From Chthoniobacterales bacterium (GTDB lineage Bacteria > Verrucomicrobiota > Verrucomicrobiia > Chthoniobacterales > Chthoniobacteraceae), in the NCBI GenBank assembly GCA_038207335.1, contig JBBQZX010000006.1, positions 128,001-192,000 of the forward strand: 64,000 bases of DNA, in the 5' to 3' direction. Position numbers and translations under genes: made by a program. The notes under the pieces were generated by a model, which was not told where the DNA came from, searched no databases, and saw nothing but the letters and a program-made list of their open reading frames with translations. Shown piece after piece: positions 1 to 10,077 of this stretch (its first letter is position 1; every line of letters begins with the position of its first letter).

Positions 1-13
1 GTCGCGCGATAAC

Positions 14-2791
14 ATGCGCCCGTTTGGAATTCGCCCATTGCTGTTTCTGCTCATCGGGGGCGCTTTTTTCGCGACGAATTTGCGGGCTGCCGAACGGTTC
101 CTCGTCCGCACATGGCAGTCGGAAGACGGCCTTCCGAGCAACGTCATCCGCTCCATCGCGCAAGCCGCCGACGGATACCTGTGGGTTGCAACCGCGGAAG
201 GCGTTGTGCGTTTTGATGGCGTGCGTTTCTCCGGCTTCGACTCCGAGCCCGACGCCACGCTATCCCGCCGCCCCACGCGCACACTTTTCCCACTCCCAAA
301 TGGCGACGTATGGGTTACCACGCACGCTGGCGCGCTGTTGCGCGGGCGTGGCGCGCGTCTGACCGAGGTGCGCCTTGATGCCGCGAGCGTCGAACCGCCG
401 TCAGGGGCCGCGGGCATCGTCTCTCAAGTTGCCCCTGGCGACGCAGGGGAAATCTTCATCGTGCGCGGCAGCGAGACATGGCTGATCGCCGGAAACCACC
501 CGCCACGCTTGATTCAACGGAGTCCGGAGGTCGAGACGCTTCTCGCCGCGGACGCTGAAGCAACGGCGTCACATGGGCGTTGGCGAGCGGGCGGAGCGCC
601 GCTGCAGCTGCACGAAACAGACGGCACGATTTGGAGATTCGGTGGAGGTTCTGGACTTGAAATCGGCACATCGGACGGTGCGTTCGAGCCCGTGAAATTG
701 CGTGGCGCGGAGCCGCCAAAGGCGACCAACGAAATGCTCGAAGACCGCGAGGGCAGTGTATGGCTTGCGACCGCTGCGCAAGGCTTGTGGCAACTTCGCG
801 AGGCGCGCGTTGACGTCCTCACGACGGCGGACGGCCTCAGCGGCCGAACCGTCCTGCTCGTCATGGAAGATCGCGCCGGAGGGCTCTGGATCGCCACGAC
901 AACGGGCGGGCTCGACCGCTTGGAAGCCGGTGAATTTACGCACGTCGAAGTCGGTCCGACATCCGGGCGCCCTGTTTCCGCGCTCTGCGAAACACGCGAC
1001 GGCACGATGTGGGCCGCGACCCGCGAGGGCAGCATCTTTCGCCTCACCGACGGTGTCTTCACGCCGATGTTCACCGCAGCGAGCGGAATCTCGAAAGTCT
1101 TCGCAATCGTGGAAGACGCCGCGGGTCGTGTTTGGTTTGGCGGGCGACTCGGGCTCAGCGTTTGGGATGGAGAAGAGGCGCACGGGATCGACCTTGGCAC
1201 GTCGGATGCCGTCACCGTGCTCGCGACCGGCAAGGCTGATGAAATCTGGGTGGGAACGGAAAGCGGCCTCGTCTTCCACGGTGCCGAATCGCGCTTCAAA
1301 GAGATCGGCGGCAGCGACGCATTCGCCCATCGCGCAATCTCCAGCCTGCTCCCGGACAGCGCGAATTCGGCATGGGCCGGCACACTCGGCGGTGGATTAT
1401 TTCACATCGAAGAGGACCGCGCCGTCGCGCTGGACACGGCAGCGAGCGTGCAGCCCTCGCGAATCACCTGCATCCTCGACGACCTCTCCGGCCACCTCTG
1501 GCTCGGATCGCTGCGCGGCATCTTCCGGCTGGGCAAATCCGAACTCGGTGACGTCGCGCAGCGCAAGCGCGACAGGATCTCAGCCCTGCATCTGGACCGT
1601 TCCGATGGTCTGCTCACACGCGAATGCACCGGCGGCGTCCAACCCGCCGGTTGGCGTTCGCGAGACGGCACCCTCTGGTTCCCCACGACCAACGGCCTCG
1701 CCAACATCCAGCCTGCGCAGCTCAATCTGAATCCGCTCGCCCCATCGGTCGTGATCGAGGAAATGCGCTCGAATGCCCGCCAGTTGGACATCTCCGGTCC
1801 GCAGCCGACACTCGGACCGGGCCGTTCGCGGCTTGAATTTCGCTTCACCGCACTGAGCCTGGTTGCGCCGAGCAAAGTGCGCTTCCGCACCCGCCTTGAT
1901 GGATTGGAAGACGAATGGAGCGAGGCCGGGGCGCAACGCACGGTGGCCTACGAGGCCGTGCCGCCGGGACGTTACGCATTCCGCGTGCAGGCCGAAAATG
2001 GTGACGGGATTTGGAACGAATCCGGTGCAACGCTTGCCTTCCGGGTGCTGCCGCATTTCTGGCAGACGCTCGCATTTCAGGTCTCAGTCGCGACCGCCGC
2101 CGCCGCGCTCGCGGTTGGTATCGGAGCCTCGATTTCGCGAGTGAAAATGCGCGGGCGACTGCTGCGCCTGGAACTGAAAAGATCCCGCGAGGCCGAGCGC
2201 GCACGCATCGCGCAGGATCTCCACGACGATCTCGGTGCGAGCCTCACCGAGATTTCCATCCTAGCAAATCTTGCAGCCGAAGATCGGCGCCCTAGCGACA
2301 CGAACGACAATGCTCTTCCTGAGATCGCGGGCAAGGCGCAAGCACTCGTCGGCGCGCTCGATGAGATCGTGTGGGCCGTGAATCCGCGCCACGACACGCT
2401 CGGTTCTCTGGCGGAATATCTCACTGCATTCGCCTCCGAATTTCTCTCCGCCGCCGGCATCACGCTGCGGCTCGACGTGCCACACGATCTACCCGCATCT
2501 GCTCTCGACGCGGAGCGGCGGCACAGCATTTTTCTCGCCGTCCGCGAGGCACTCAACAACGCGGTAAAGCACTCCGGTGCGAGCGAAGTCTGGCTTCGCG
2601 TCCGCCTCGTAAATGAGCGGCTGGAGATTCTCGTCGAGGACAACGGTCGCGGATTCGCCCCGAAGCCAGCTTCAGGCGATGGCGTGGGCAATCTTCAATC
2701 GCGCCTCGCTCGCCTCAGCGGCGAATGCAAGATCGAGAGTCGCGAAGACTGCGGCACACGAGTGCGCCTCTCGCTGCCCCTCAAAATATGA
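14..2791 (+). CDS. Sensor histidine kinase: beta-propeller (Reg_prop) repeats + Y_Y_Y + TM + HisKA_3 + HATPase
   Basis: Signal-like N-terminus; repeated 'DGLPSNVI..IAQ..DGYLWVAT' and 'EDREGSVW' units; 'FRTRLDGLEDEWS...VPPGRYAFRV'; H-box 'RIAQDLHDDLG'; 'EALNNAVKHS'; 'EDNGRGF'. Confidence 0.93.
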   Translation: MRPFGIRPLLFLLIGGAFFATNLRAAERFLVRTWQSEDGLPSNVIRSIAQAADGYLWVATAEGVVRFDGVRFSGFDSEPDATLSRRPTRTLFPLPNGDVWVTTHAGALLRGRGARLTEVRLDAASVEPPSGAAGIVSQVAPGDAGEIFIVRGSETWLIAGNHPPRLIQRSPEVETLLAADAEATASHGRWRAGGAPLQLHETDGTIWRFGGGSGLEIGTSDGAFEPVKLRGAEPPKATNEMLEDREGSVWLATAAQGLWQLREARVDVLTTADGLSGRTVLLVMEDRAGGLWIATTTGGLDRLEAGEFTHVEVGPTSGRPVSALCETRDGTMWAATREGSIFRLTDGVFTPMFTAASGISKVFAIVEDAAGRVWFGGRLGLSVWDGEEAHGIDLGTSDAVTVLATGKADEIWVGTESGLVFHGAESRFKEIGGSDAFAHRAISSLLPDSANSAWAGTLGGGLFHIEEDRAVALDTAASVQPSRITCILDDLSGHLWLGSLRGIFRLGKSELGDVAQRKRDRISALHLDRSDGLLTRECTGGVQPAGWRSRDGTLWFPTTNGLANIQPAQLNLNPLAPSVVIEEMRSNARQLDISGPQPTLGPGRSRLEFRFTALSLVAPSKVRFRTRLDGLEDEWSEAGAQRTVAYEAVPPGRYAFRVQAENGDGIWNESGATLAFRVLPHFWQTLAFQVSVATAAAALAVGIGASISRVKMRGRLLRLELKRSREAERARIAQDLHDDLGASLTEISILANLAAEDRRPSDTNDNALPEIAGKAQALVGALDEIVWAVNPRHDTLGSLAEYLTAFASEFLSAAGITLRLDVPHDLPASALDAERRHSIFLAVREALNNAVKHSGASEVWLRVRLVNERLEILVEDNGRGFAPKPASGDGVGNLQSRLARLSGECKIESREDCGTRVRLSLPLKI

Positions 2792-3417
2792 CCACCATCG
2801 CCATCGTGGAAGACAACGCCGGACTCGGCGCCACGCTCCGCCGAGTGGTGGAAAGCATGGACGACTGTCAGTGCGCGGGCGTCTGGATCAGCGGTGAAGA
2901 GGCGCTCGTGAAAGTCCCCGCATTTCGCCCCGACGTGGTTCTCATGGACATCAATCTCCCCGGTATTTCTGGCATCGAGGCAACTGCGAAATTGAAAGCC
3001 GAGATGCCCGAACTACTCGTTGTGATGGTCACCGTCTATCGCGATCACGACAAAATCTTCGACGCGCTCAAAGCGGGCGCGTGCGGCTATTTGCTCAAAC
3101 GCTCATCGCCCGAAGAAGTGCGGCAGGCCATCCGCGATGTCCGCGAGGGCGGCGCCCCCATGAGCGCCGAAATTGCGCGCCGCGTCGTAGAGACATTTCA
3201 TCGCCACTCCGCACCAGCGGACGCTGCAGCAAATCTCTCCAAGCGCGAAACCGAAATCCTGGAACTCCTCTCGCAAGGCCTCGCGAACAAGGAAATCGCC
3301 GATCGCCTCGGCCTCAGCATCGAAACCGTGCGCGTCCACCTGAAACGCATCTACGACAAACTCCACGTCCATTCCCGCACCGAAGCCGTCGTAAAATACC
3401 GCGACTCAGCCCGCTGA
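2788..3417 (+). CDS. NarL/LuxR-family response regulator
   Basis: ATG at 2788 overlaps the kinase stop (ATGA); 'IVEDN', 'LMDINLPG', 'GYLLK'; C-terminal HTH 'LSKRETEILELL.QGLANKEIA'. Confidence 0.95.
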   Translation: MTTIAIVEDNAGLGATLRRVVESMDDCQCAGVWISGEEALVKVPAFRPDVVLMDINLPGISGIEATAKLKAEMPELLVVMVTVYRDHDKIFDALKAGACGYLLKRSSPEEVRQAIRDVREGGAPMSAEIARRVVETFHRHSAPADAAANLSKRETEILELLSQGLANKEIADRLGLSIETVRVHLKRIYDKLHVHSRTEAVVKYRDSAR

Positions 3418-3476
3418 AATATAGTCGCATCGCCGGGCCTGGATTACGTCAACAAGGCTGCTCCACACCCGAAAAC

Positions 3477-5288
3477 TCACGCCGTTTCCGTCATCGCCTC
3501 GTCTTGCTGCGTGACGCGGACGACTTCCTCCACAGTAGTTTTGCCGCTGAGCACGCGGCGCCAGCCGTCGTCGCGGAGCGTCTCCATGCCGTCGGCGACG
3601 GCCCGCGCTTTCATCGCGCTGCCAGTCTCCTTTCGGATCACCATGCGGCGCAGGTTTTCGTTCACTGGAACGATCTCGTAGATCGCGGCGCGGCCTCGGT
3701 AGCCGGTTTGACGGCAGTGATCGCAGCCACGGCCGTGGTAAAACTTCAGGTCTGGTGGGATCGGCGCGCCGATTTCCTGCAGGTAATCCAGCGGGTATCC
3801 GGTGACCTCTTTGCAGTCCTCACAAATCGTCCGCACGAGCCGCTGCGCGATAAATGCGCGCACGACGCTCGCGAGCAAAAACGGCTCGATGCCCATGTCG
3901 AGCAAACGCGTGATGCCGCTCACTGCGTCATTCGTGTGCAGCGTCGAAAATACCAGATGGCCCGTCATCGCGGCGCGAATTGAAATCTCCGCCGTCTCGA
4001 AATCGCGGATTTCTCCGACCATCACGATATTCGGGTCTTGCCGCAAAATTGCGCGAAGGCCGTTGGCGAAGGTGAGGCCGATCTCGGGCTTCACATCGAT
4101 TTGCGACACGCCTGGAAGCCTGTATTCCACAGGCTCTTCGACAGTGATGATGCGGCGTGAAACGGCGTTAATCGACGAGAGAAAGGAGTAGAGCGACGTC
4201 GATTTTCCCGAGCCGGTCGGGCCGGTCACGAGGATGATCCCGTTTGGCTGCGTGAGCAGCACCTTCACGAGATCGCTCTGTGTTTTGCTCATGTCGAGCC
4301 GATCGATTCCAAAGGCGAGCGTGTCGCTGCGGCTCAGCAGACGGAGAGAAATGCTCTCGCCGTTCACGGTTGGGATCGTCGAGACGCGCACGTCGATCGC
4401 GCCCGCGTTCGTCGTGAGATTGATTCGTCCATCCTGCGGCAGGCGGCGCTCCGCGATATCCATGTGAGCCATCACTTTCAGACGTGAGATGATCGCGCTC
4501 TGGAGCACACGAAGCTGCGGCGGGACCGCGACTTCGTGCAGGATTCCGTCGATGCGGTATCGGATGCGGAGATCGTTTTCCAGCGGTTCAACGTGAATGT
4601 CAGTCGCGCGCTCGAGGATCGCCTCGCGGATCACCTGGTTGACGAATTTCACCACACTCGCCTCTGGGTCGTCGGACGTAATGTCCTGAGCCTGTTCGCG
4701 ATCCGCGTCGCTGTCGTACGTCCGGCTCGTGAGCAAAATCTCCTCGAACGTCTCCGCACCCACGCCATACACCGCCTTGATCGCGCGGAGGAGTTGCGCG
4801 CGCGGGGCGATAACCCACTCGATTTTTTTACCCGCGAGTTGCTGTGCGGCGAGGCGGCGCGCGACGTTATTGAACACGTCCCAAGTCGCGAGCCGAACGG
4901 TGTCCTCTTTCGCGGAAATCGGCAGGACGTGATGCTTGAACACGAACCGGCTCGGGAGCAGTTGCAGCGCGCTGCGCTCGACTTTCGCGGGATCGACCGG
5001 CTCGACGGTCGTCTTGAAAACCCGCCCGAGTTCCGTCGCGAATTTCAGTTCGTCGATCTTCCCTGTATCGAGCACCGCGCCGGTCCATGTCGTCCCTGCG
5101 GGCGGCTTGAGCGCGGCGAGGTCCGCGGCCTCATCCTCCGGCACGCCAGATCCTTGCAGGACATCGAGCAGCGGTTTGCGCGAAGCCGACGGCGGCGGAC
5201 GGACGATCGGGGCGGAAGGGGTCGGCCTTTCGATACCGGGCTCGATTCCGGCGCCGCGCTTCGCTCCATCTGCGACTTCGGAAATCAT
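3477..5288 (-). CDS. gspE: GspE/PilB-family secretion ATPase
   Basis: Walker A GPTGSGKST, 'LRQDPNIVMVGEIRD', His box 'GHLVFSTLH', CEDC...CDHC zinc motif; start moved to ATG 5288, which overlaps the secretin stop. Confidence 0.9.
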   Translation of the reverse strand: MISEVADGAKRGAGIEPGIERPTPSAPIVRPPPSASRKPLLDVLQGSGVPEDEAADLAALKPPAGTTWTGAVLDTGKIDELKFATELGRVFKTTVEPVDPAKVERSALQLLPSRFVFKHHVLPISAKEDTVRLATWDVFNNVARRLAAQQLAGKKIEWVIAPRAQLLRAIKAVYGVGAETFEEILLTSRTYDSDADREQAQDITSDDPEASVVKFVNQVIREAILERATDIHVEPLENDLRIRYRIDGILHEVAVPPQLRVLQSAIISRLKVMAHMDIAERRLPQDGRINLTTNAGAIDVRVSTIPTVNGESISLRLLSRSDTLAFGIDRLDMSKTQSDLVKVLLTQPNGIILVTGPTGSGKSTSLYSFLSSINAVSRRIITVEEPVEYRLPGVSQIDVKPEIGLTFANGLRAILRQDPNIVMVGEIRDFETAEISIRAAMTGHLVFSTLHTNDAVSGITRLLDMGIEPFLLASVVRAFIAQRLVRTICEDCKEVTGYPLDYLQEIGAPIPPDLKFYHGRGCDHCRQTGYRGRAAIYEIVPVNENLRRMVIRKETGSAMKARAVADGMETLRDDGWRRVLSGKTTVEEVVRVTQQDEAMTETA

Positions 5289-7741
5289 TTCTTGAAGTTG
5301 GGCGCGAGCACTTTCTCCCGCAACTGCACTGCAGGTGGCTCGTGAAATGCCGGCTGTACTGGTGTGGCGCGGCGGACACCAGTGGGATATACGGTGCTCT
5401 CGAGATCCGCCGGAAGCTGCAGGTATTCCTGCTCGCGCTCGCGGGTTTGCACACTTTCCACCGGTCCCATCGAAACGACGGGCCTGATCAAGATGACGAG
5501 TTCGCTGCGAGTCTTTTGGGTCGTGGTGGTGCGGAAAAGCGCCCCGACCCATGGGATTTTGCTGAGATACGGGACGCCCGTGACGCCTTTCGTGTCGAGC
5601 GCGCGAATCAGTCCGCCAAGCACGAGCGTCGATTCGTTTGGTACGGACACGGTCGATTTCAGAAAGCGATTGGCAATCGTCGGGACGCTGTTGCCGCCGA
5701 TGTTCGTGGAACTGTTTGGCACGACCTCGTCGATTTTTTGCAAAATCTCGAGTGTGACCTCGCGCTCGGAATTGATCAGCGGCACGACCTCGAGTTGCAA
5801 CGCAACCCGTTTAAACTGGATCGAAGCGCTGACCGACGCGTTGTCCTGATTGACCGCGCCATTGTTGAAGGACGAGAGCGTCTGCGTCGGCACGGGGATT
5901 TCCTGACCGGAGGCGATGATCGCCTTTTTATTATTGCTGGTGAAGACGTTCGGCCGTGCGACGACGGTGAAGCGATTGGTGGAAGCGAGGGCGTTCACGA
6001 CGAGAGTGAGCGAGTCCCCAGCCGCGATGAAGCCGCTGAGACCGCCAGTGCCGGCAGTTGCAACTTGTCGGATGAGTTTTTGGCTGAGGAGCGAGTTGAA
6101 GTTGAGCGAAGGTTGGGATCCGTTGAAGGTGACCGTGTTTCCGTTGTCCGTAGTGACGGTGCCGGTCCCCGTTCCTGTTCCTGTCCCCGTCCCGACACCG
6201 CCTGTGATGCTCGAGGGCGCAGCGAAAGTGCCTCCGTTGTGCAGGATGTATTCGACGCCGAACTTATCGTCCTTGCCGAGTTCGAGTTGGCCGATCACCG
6301 CGTGGATCATTACCTGCGGCGCGCGCACATCCAGCCGCTCGAGCAGTTTGAAAATCTTGTTTTTCACCTCTTTGTTGCCGAGCACGATGATCTTGTTCGC
6401 CCGCGTGTCGGCAATGATCCGCGTGTTCCCGACCGTAACTGCGCGCGGCACTGTATCGACTTCGGTGGTCTGAAGTTCCTCCGAAAACCCCGCCGAACCG
6501 CTGCCGCTGCTCCCACCGAAGTTGCTGCCATTCGCGCCGAACGTGTTGTTGTTCGCGCCGCCGCGGTTGGTCGTGTTTTGGCGATTGCCCTGCGCCCCAG
6601 GCGCGCCGGCTGTCGTGGCCTCATCCTTTGCGCCGGGGTCTTGGATCGCCTTGATCACCGGATCGAGCACATCGGCAGCGGTGACAAATTTCAGCGGATA
6701 TTCCGCCGGTTCGCCGAAAGGCACGTCTTTATCGAACTCCTCGATCAGCGATCGCACGAATTTGATGTTCTCCTTCCGCGTGACGACGTGGATGCGGTTC
6801 GTGCGCACATCTGCGGTGAGCTTGATCTTTCCGACAATGAGCGAGTCCTCCGTGAGCGTCGCAGGCCCGTTGATTTCGACGGTGTTCGCGCCAGTTGCCT
6901 CCGCCGTCGCATTCTGCGGAATCGGCAGTCCCTCGGGCGTCGTCGCCGGGCGAACAGGCCGCGCTGCGACTGGCACGGCAGCGGTCGCCGTCGTGCCGGT
7001 TGGCGTTTTCTCGAAAATCTTCTCAAGCTTTTCCAACACGTCCTTCACATCCGCGCGCTCAAGTGGGATGAAAAAGCTATCCACGGTCGCCGGAGGAAGA
7101 TCGATCTCGTTCACGATTTTCATGAGCCCGCGAATGATCGGCGTATTCTCAGTGACGAGCAGCGCCTGCGCCTTTGGCAGCGCCAGGATGGACGAGTAGC
7201 CCGCCTGGCTTGGAGAGATGAAGCCGTTCAGGACCTGCGCGAGTTCGGTGGGGTCGGCAAATTTCAAATGGAACAGGAACGAAATGACCTGCTCCTTTTC
7301 CGGGATGAGATCGGGGTCGGAAATGATCGGAATACCACCGCTTCTAGGATTGAGGCCGATCCCGAAGACTTTGACGATCGACGGGTCCTCGGACGGGACG
7401 AGCGTGTATCCGTTGATGAGGAGCGTCATCTCGATGATTTTCACGGCCTCCTCGCGCGGCAGGTCTTCGTTGAAAACGAGGTAGATAGGCGCGGTTGTCT
7501 GAAGGCTGGAGGGGCGGATGAGTTTTTTCCGCGTGTATTGCTCGTAGGCGTCGAGGACGGCGCTGAGGTCGGCGTTTGGAAACATGAGCCTCACTGTCTC
7601 CGGCAGAGGCGGGAGATTTCCGCCGTTCTTGTTGAGCGGCGGATTTCCTTGCGGCAGGCCGGGAGGCGGCTGCACCGGGTTTTGGGCGGAGGCGAGCCCT
7701 GTGAAGGCGATCAGCCAGAGAGCGAGGGAAGGGCGAAACAC
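5285..7741 (-). CDS. gspD: Type II secretion secretin GspD
   Basis: Signal peptide; N-domain repeats ('ADVRTNRIHV', 'ADTRANKIIV'); 'PQVMIHAVI'; C-terminal 'GVPYLSKIPWVGALFR...RSELVILIRP'. Confidence 0.92.
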   Translation of the reverse strand: MFRPSLALWLIAFTGLASAQNPVQPPPGLPQGNPPLNKNGGNLPPLPETVRLMFPNADLSAVLDAYEQYTRKKLIRPSSLQTTAPIYLVFNEDLPREEAVKIIEMTLLINGYTLVPSEDPSIVKVFGIGLNPRSGGIPIISDPDLIPEKEQVISFLFHLKFADPTELAQVLNGFISPSQAGYSSILALPKAQALLVTENTPIIRGLMKIVNEIDLPPATVDSFFIPLERADVKDVLEKLEKIFEKTPTGTTATAAVPVAARPVRPATTPEGLPIPQNATAEATGANTVEINGPATLTEDSLIVGKIKLTADVRTNRIHVVTRKENIKFVRSLIEEFDKDVPFGEPAEYPLKFVTAADVLDPVIKAIQDPGAKDEATTAGAPGAQGNRQNTTNRGGANNNTFGANGSNFGGSSGSGSAGFSEELQTTEVDTVPRAVTVGNTRIIADTRANKIIVLGNKEVKNKIFKLLERLDVRAPQVMIHAVIGQLELGKDDKFGVEYILHNGGTFAAPSSITGGVGTGTGTGTGTGTVTTDNGNTVTFNGSQPSLNFNSLLSQKLIRQVATAGTGGLSGFIAAGDSLTLVVNALASTNRFTVVARPNVFTSNNKKAIIASGQEIPVPTQTLSSFNNGAVNQDNASVSASIQFKRVALQLEVVPLINSEREVTLEILQKIDEVVPNSSTNIGGNSVPTIANRFLKSTVSVPNESTLVLGGLIRALDTKGVTGVPYLSKIPWVGALFRTTTTQKTRSELVILIRPVVSMGPVESVQTREREQEYLQLPADLESTVYPTGVRRATPVQPAFHEPPAVQLREKVLAPNFKK

Positions 7742-7798
7742 GCGCGCTACTTAGACGCGAGAGGGAGGGAGGTCAATGAGCGGGGGAAGCGAAAGCGC

Positions 7799-7925
7799 CG
7801 AACATCGAACGTAGAATGTCCAAATTACAGCCGTGCTGATCCCTCGTCTGCATTCAACGCCGCACCCGCCACCTGACCCCGGATCGCGATCCTGCGGGCG
7901 TCAGCCTCGTTCGATGTTCGACGTT
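7799..7925. repeat. Intergenic element bounded by a perfect 13-bp inverted repeat built from GAAC(A/G)TC heptamers
   Basis: CGAACATCGAACG (7799-7811) and CGTTCGATGTTCG (7908-7920); internal palindrome GGATCGCGATCC (7881-7892). Confidence 0.7.
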
Positions 7926-7977
7926 TCCTCCTTCCCCCGCTTGTCTCTCGCCCTCATCCCGATTACTCCCTCCGCCC

Positions 7978-9210
7978 ATGACATCCTCCCCGCGCAGCAA
8001 ACTGTTCATCATGATGGTCCTCGAGCTCTTCATCTGGGGAGCCTGGCTACCGCTCATCTGGCCTTACATGACGGAGATCGGATTTACCGGAAGTCAGCAG
8101 GCTTGGATCGGGAGTGCTTTCGCCATTTCGTCAGTGCTCGCGATCTTTTTCAGCAACCAATTTGCCGACCGTAATTTCGCCTCCGAACGTTTTTTGGCAT
8201 TCAGCCATCTCATCGGCGGACTCGCGATGCTAGGCCTCTTTTTTACGACGAGTTTCCCTGTTTTTTTTACGTTAATGCTCGTCCACTCGATCTTTTACGT
8301 GCCGACGCTATCGGTCGCGAACTCGCTCGCATTCGCCAATCTGAAAAATCCGCAAAAGGAGTTCGGACCAGTGCGAATGGGCGGGACGATCGGATGGATT
8401 CTCGCGTCGTGGCCGCTCTATTTTCTCCTCCGGGGCGCGGAGGGTGACGCACTCCGGCAGGCTCACAGCTACATTTTCATCGTGGCTGGCGCGGCCTCGC
8501 TGGCGCTCGCGGCGTTCTGCCTCACGCTGCCGCACACCCCTCCAAAACCGGCGGTGGAGGCGAGCAATCGCTTCGCTTGGCTGGAGTCGTTTCGGCTGCT
8601 GGCTTTGCCTTATTTGCTCCTACTTTTCATCGTCACGTTCATCGACGCCACGATCCACAATGGCTACTTCGTGATGGCGGGAAATTTTCTCACCGCGATC
8701 GGGATCAAGCCGGAGAACATCATGCCGATCATGAGCATCGGGCAGGTCGCGGAGATCGCCACGATGGCGGTACTCGGCTGGTTCCTGCAGCGCCTCGGGT
8801 GGAAGTGGACGCTCATCCTCGGCATCCTCGGGCACGCCGCCCGATTCGCGGTTTTCGCGTTCTTCCCGTTCGATCACACGATGATCATCGCCGTGCAAAT
8901 CCTCCACGGCATCTGCTACGCGTTTTTCTTCGCGACGGTGTATATCTTCATCGACGCCGCGTTCCCAAAAGACGTGCGAGCCAGCGCGCAAGGGCTGTTT
9001 AATCTGCTCATTCTCGGCATCGGAGACCTTGCTGCGAAATGGCTCTTTATTCCGCTCCAAGCGCATCTCACGACCGCCGATGGCGTCGTCGATTATCGCA
9101 CGCTGTTCCTGATTCCGACGTGCATGGCGATCGTAGCCGCGCTGCTCATTCTCCTCTGCTTCCGTCCGCCCGTTGAGGTGGAAGTGGCAGCCGAAACGGC
9201 GGCGGTCTGA
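7978..9210 (+). CDS. MFS nucleoside:H+ symporter family protein (NupG/XapB/YegT-like)
   Basis: About 12 hydrophobic segments; 'LELFIWGAW', 'VRMGGTIGWI', 'SIGQVAEI', 'LHGICYAFFF'. Confidence 0.85.
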   Translation: MTSSPRSKLFIMMVLELFIWGAWLPLIWPYMTEIGFTGSQQAWIGSAFAISSVLAIFFSNQFADRNFASERFLAFSHLIGGLAMLGLFFTTSFPVFFTLMLVHSIFYVPTLSVANSLAFANLKNPQKEFGPVRMGGTIGWILASWPLYFLLRGAEGDALRQAHSYIFIVAGAASLALAAFCLTLPHTPPKPAVEASNRFAWLESFRLLALPYLLLLFIVTFIDATIHNGYFVMAGNFLTAIGIKPENIMPIMSIGQVAEIATMAVLGWFLQRLGWKWTLILGILGHAARFAVFAFFPFDHTMIIAVQILHGICYAFFFATVYIFIDAAFPKDVRASAQGLFNLLILGIGDLAAKWLFIPLQAHLTTADGVVDYRTLFLIPTCMAIVAALLILLCFRPPVEVEVAAETAAV

Positions 9211-9236
9211 GGTCTTGCGAGGAACCAGAGGGCGCC

Positions 9237-10064
9237 CTACCCGGCGAATTGCGCGCGCACTTCTTCCGGGGAAAGTCCGCGCTCGCGCAGCGCGCGTAGG
9301 CTGAGGGAATCGGAGCCTTTCGCGAGGCGCTGGCCGATGGCGTCGAGCATGAGCGGCGCGTGGAAAAATGCGGGTGAAGCGAGGCCGAGCGCGCGGGCGA
9401 TGTGTAGCTGGCGAAACGTCGATGTGATGAGGTCCGCGCCGCGCACGACTTCGGTAATGCCCATCGCCGCGTCGTCGACGACGCACGCGAGTTGGTAGCT
9501 CGGGAGATCATCTTTTCGCCAGACGAGGAAGTCGCCAAAGTCGCGTCCGGCAATCTGAGCGCAGACGCCGACAGCGCCGTCGCGAAAGGTGATCGTCTCG
9601 CCATCGGGCACACGAAAGCGCCAGTTCACGCCCGCCCGCGCCTGCACCCTGCGGCCTCGGCAGGTGCCGGGATAAATCGGCTCGTCGTCGCCCGCGTGCG
9701 GTGCGGTGAGCGCGCGCAAAACGTCCTGCCGCGAGCAGGTGCATGGATAGATCGCGCCGGCTGCGCGCACCGTCTCAAAGGCCGCGCGATACGAATTAAG
9801 CCGCTCACTTTGGGAGTAAGGCGAGTACGGTCCGCCGATGTCCGGGCCTTCGCTCCAGCGCAGCCCGAGCCATCGCAAATCCTCAATCATTGCCGCGGCG
9901 AATTCCGCGCGGCATCGGGAAATGTCGAGGTCGTCGTTGCGCAATATGAGCGCCCCGCCGCTCGTCTCGGCGCGCTGCTGAGCGATCCAAAACGTCCGCG
10001 CGTGGCCGAGATGCAACAGCCCGGTCGGCGAGGGCGCAAGACGCCCGCGATAGGTCGGCTTCAC
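9237..10064 (-). CDS. gluQ: Glutamyl-Q tRNA(Asp) synthetase
   Basis: 'GRLAPSPTGLLHLGH', Zn site 'YPCTCSR...YPGTCR', 'YQLACVVDD', 'VVRGADL', 'RLAK'; catalytic domain only (275 aa). Confidence 0.9.
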   Translation of the reverse strand: MKPTYRGRLAPSPTGLLHLGHARTFWIAQQRAETSGGALILRNDDLDISRCRAEFAAAMIEDLRWLGLRWSEGPDIGGPYSPYSQSERLNSYRAAFETVRAAGAIYPCTCSRQDVLRALTAPHAGDDEPIYPGTCRGRRVQARAGVNWRFRVPDGETITFRDGAVGVCAQIAGRDFGDFLVWRKDDLPSYQLACVVDDAAMGITEVVRGADLITSTFRQLHIARALGLASPAFFHAPLMLDAIGQRLAKGSDSLSLRALRERGLSPEEVRAQFAG

Positions 10065-10077
10065 AGGCCGCCGATTC

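Noticed and set aside
5289..5552. N-terminal extension of the GspE ORF
   Set aside because: It overlaps gspD; ATG 5288 gives a typical 4-nt overlap.
6155..6205. Hexamer-like repeat in gspD as a phase-variation tract
   Set aside because: Imperfect, in frame, with synonymous variation; it encodes a Gly-Thr linker.
5342..7876. 844-aa plus-strand ORF
   Set aside because: Antisense shadow of gspD; no motifs; expected from GC-rich codon bias.
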